Shown here: one piece after another, positions 63,298-64,000 of the stretch | Layout of the letters: every line of letters starts with the position of its first letter | Position numbering within the stretch: position 1 is the stretch's first letter | Assembly: GCA_002104905.1 (NCBI GenBank) | Contig: MCFE01000296.1 | Span: 37,603 to 101,602 of the forward strand | Direction: 5' to 3' | Origin: Basidiobolus meristosporus CBS 931.73 | Lineage: Eukaryota > Fungi > Basidiobolomycota | DNA length: 64,000 bases | The notes under the pieces: model-generated | Told to the model about the DNA's origin: nothing | Seen by the model: only the letters and a program-made list of their open reading frames with translations | The model's database searches: none | Position numbers and translations under genes: made by a program

Positions 63298-63797
63298 AGG
63301 GGGGAGGAAAGTCACCAAGTGGTGAAATCTTTATTTACTTATGACAAGTATCTAAAGAAGCCAAGTTAATCTGAAGTAATTCCTAGAAAGCTAGGTCTGA
63401 GAGATATCTTCCTGGTAAGCCAGGTCTGAGAGTTGAGAAGCTGAGTGGTACTGTATTTCCTAGTTAGCTAGGTCTTAGAGAGGTTTCCTGGAAAACCAGG
63501 CCTGAGAAGTGAGAATCTGAATATATCTGAGCTAAGTTATACTGGTTTGCGGTAGCTGAATTGTGGCCGGAATGGCCAGTAGACTGGGGGAACTGAGATG
63601 AATTTCTGGGCGATCACTGGCCAAATTTACTAGGCAAATCTGGCCAATTAGCATTTCAAGGATTTCAGCCAATCAGAGCCTTTACTTTGCCCGATGGTTG
63701 ATCAAGCCATCTCCCAATGAGCACACATCAATTTATTGATCAAATTTTGTTGGATCCAGGATTTGAACCCACAACCATGGGTATGGAAGGGTTAGGG
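63296..63797 (-). mobile_element. Family B copy 2: SINE truncated inside its tRNA head (A box lost)
   Basis: About 96% identical to copy 1; B box at 63759-63769; ends at the SINE's internal GGGTTAGGG (63789-63797). Confidence 0.85.
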
Positions 63798-64000
63798 TAG
63801 GGTTAGGGGGGAGACAGTCACCAACAGGTGAAATCTTTATTTCAGTTGAAACAAAGAAGCCAGCGCTACTGTTGTAGCTTTGATACAAGAGTGTGTAGCT
63901 GAGGGGAATTTGTAGGTAAGTTAATAAGAAGTGATGATAGTTCTTCAGTGCTCAAGACACTGTTCAGTGGAAGGGGGGTAGCAAGAGAGGTAAGAATGAC
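63798..64000 (-). mobile_element. Family A copy 4: 3' end of the LINE, running off the window
   Basis: TAGGGTTAGGGGGG + hairpin + 3' UTR + ORF2 C-terminal codons, near-identical to copy 1. Confidence 0.95.

Larger units (their letters stand above)
57081..63811 (+). repeat. Seven short telomere-type (TTAGGG) junction tracts
   Basis: At 57081, 57477, 58007, 61401, 62018, 63296 and 63789-63811; always G-rich on the + strand, 1-3 units, each followed directly by an element's 3' hairpin. Confidence 0.85.

Noticed and set aside
61401-63318. ORF-track proteins starting MVTVSP/MVTFLP (61428, 62039, 63318)
   Set aside because: The starts are TTG codons inside the neighbouring element's 3' hairpin; they are junction artefacts, not real N-termini. 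Two of the three being in frame with ORF1/ORF2 is compatible with chance.
57081-64000. LTR retrotransposon, DNA transposon or CRISPR-like interpretation of the repeats
   Set aside because: The repeats are nested 3' fragments of varying length; there are no LTR pairs, TIRs, integrase or unique spacers, and the RT is of non-LTR type.

Overview
Intron-rich eukaryotic DNA from a fungus, most consistent with a non-Dikarya lineage (inferred from gene content and sequence style, not verified). Bases 1 to ~55.8 kb hold about 24 genes: two GATA factors, Rrn5-like, RPL37, HEN1, ADC lyase, Mdm1/SNX13, OCD/mu-crystallin, DnaJ, HIR1, an FN2-TM-SH3 protein, PUS1, a HExxH protein, DUF1647-like, Rtc5-like, TPR, glutaredoxin, SLC35F6-like, NDH-2, NAA50, CYS4, Hv1, a MABP-repeat metallophosphoesterase, and a decayed SET9-PWWP-Tudor-knot gene. 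From 57,081 to the window end there are no host genes. This stretch is a polarised head-to-tail array of minus-strand retroelements, each joined to its neighbour by 1-3 TTAGGG-type repeats, so it looks like a chromosome end. The array contains (A) four copies of an APE-endonuclease/RT LINE, three 5'-truncated and one cut by the window edge, (B) two copies of a ~0.5 kb tRNA-headed SINE, and (C) a ~0.4 kb non-coding element. The three families are otherwise unrelated but all end in the same 3' TCACC-N4-GGTGA hairpin plus oligo(C), with no poly(A). ORF1 and ORF2 of the LINE are in frame, separated by a single UGA in a UGA-CUA readthrough context. By eye the 3.3 kb LINE body contains no CpG. Best candidate for an undescribed system: a telomere-targeted LINE with its own SINE-type passengers. 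Exon boundaries were read by eye and are approximate.
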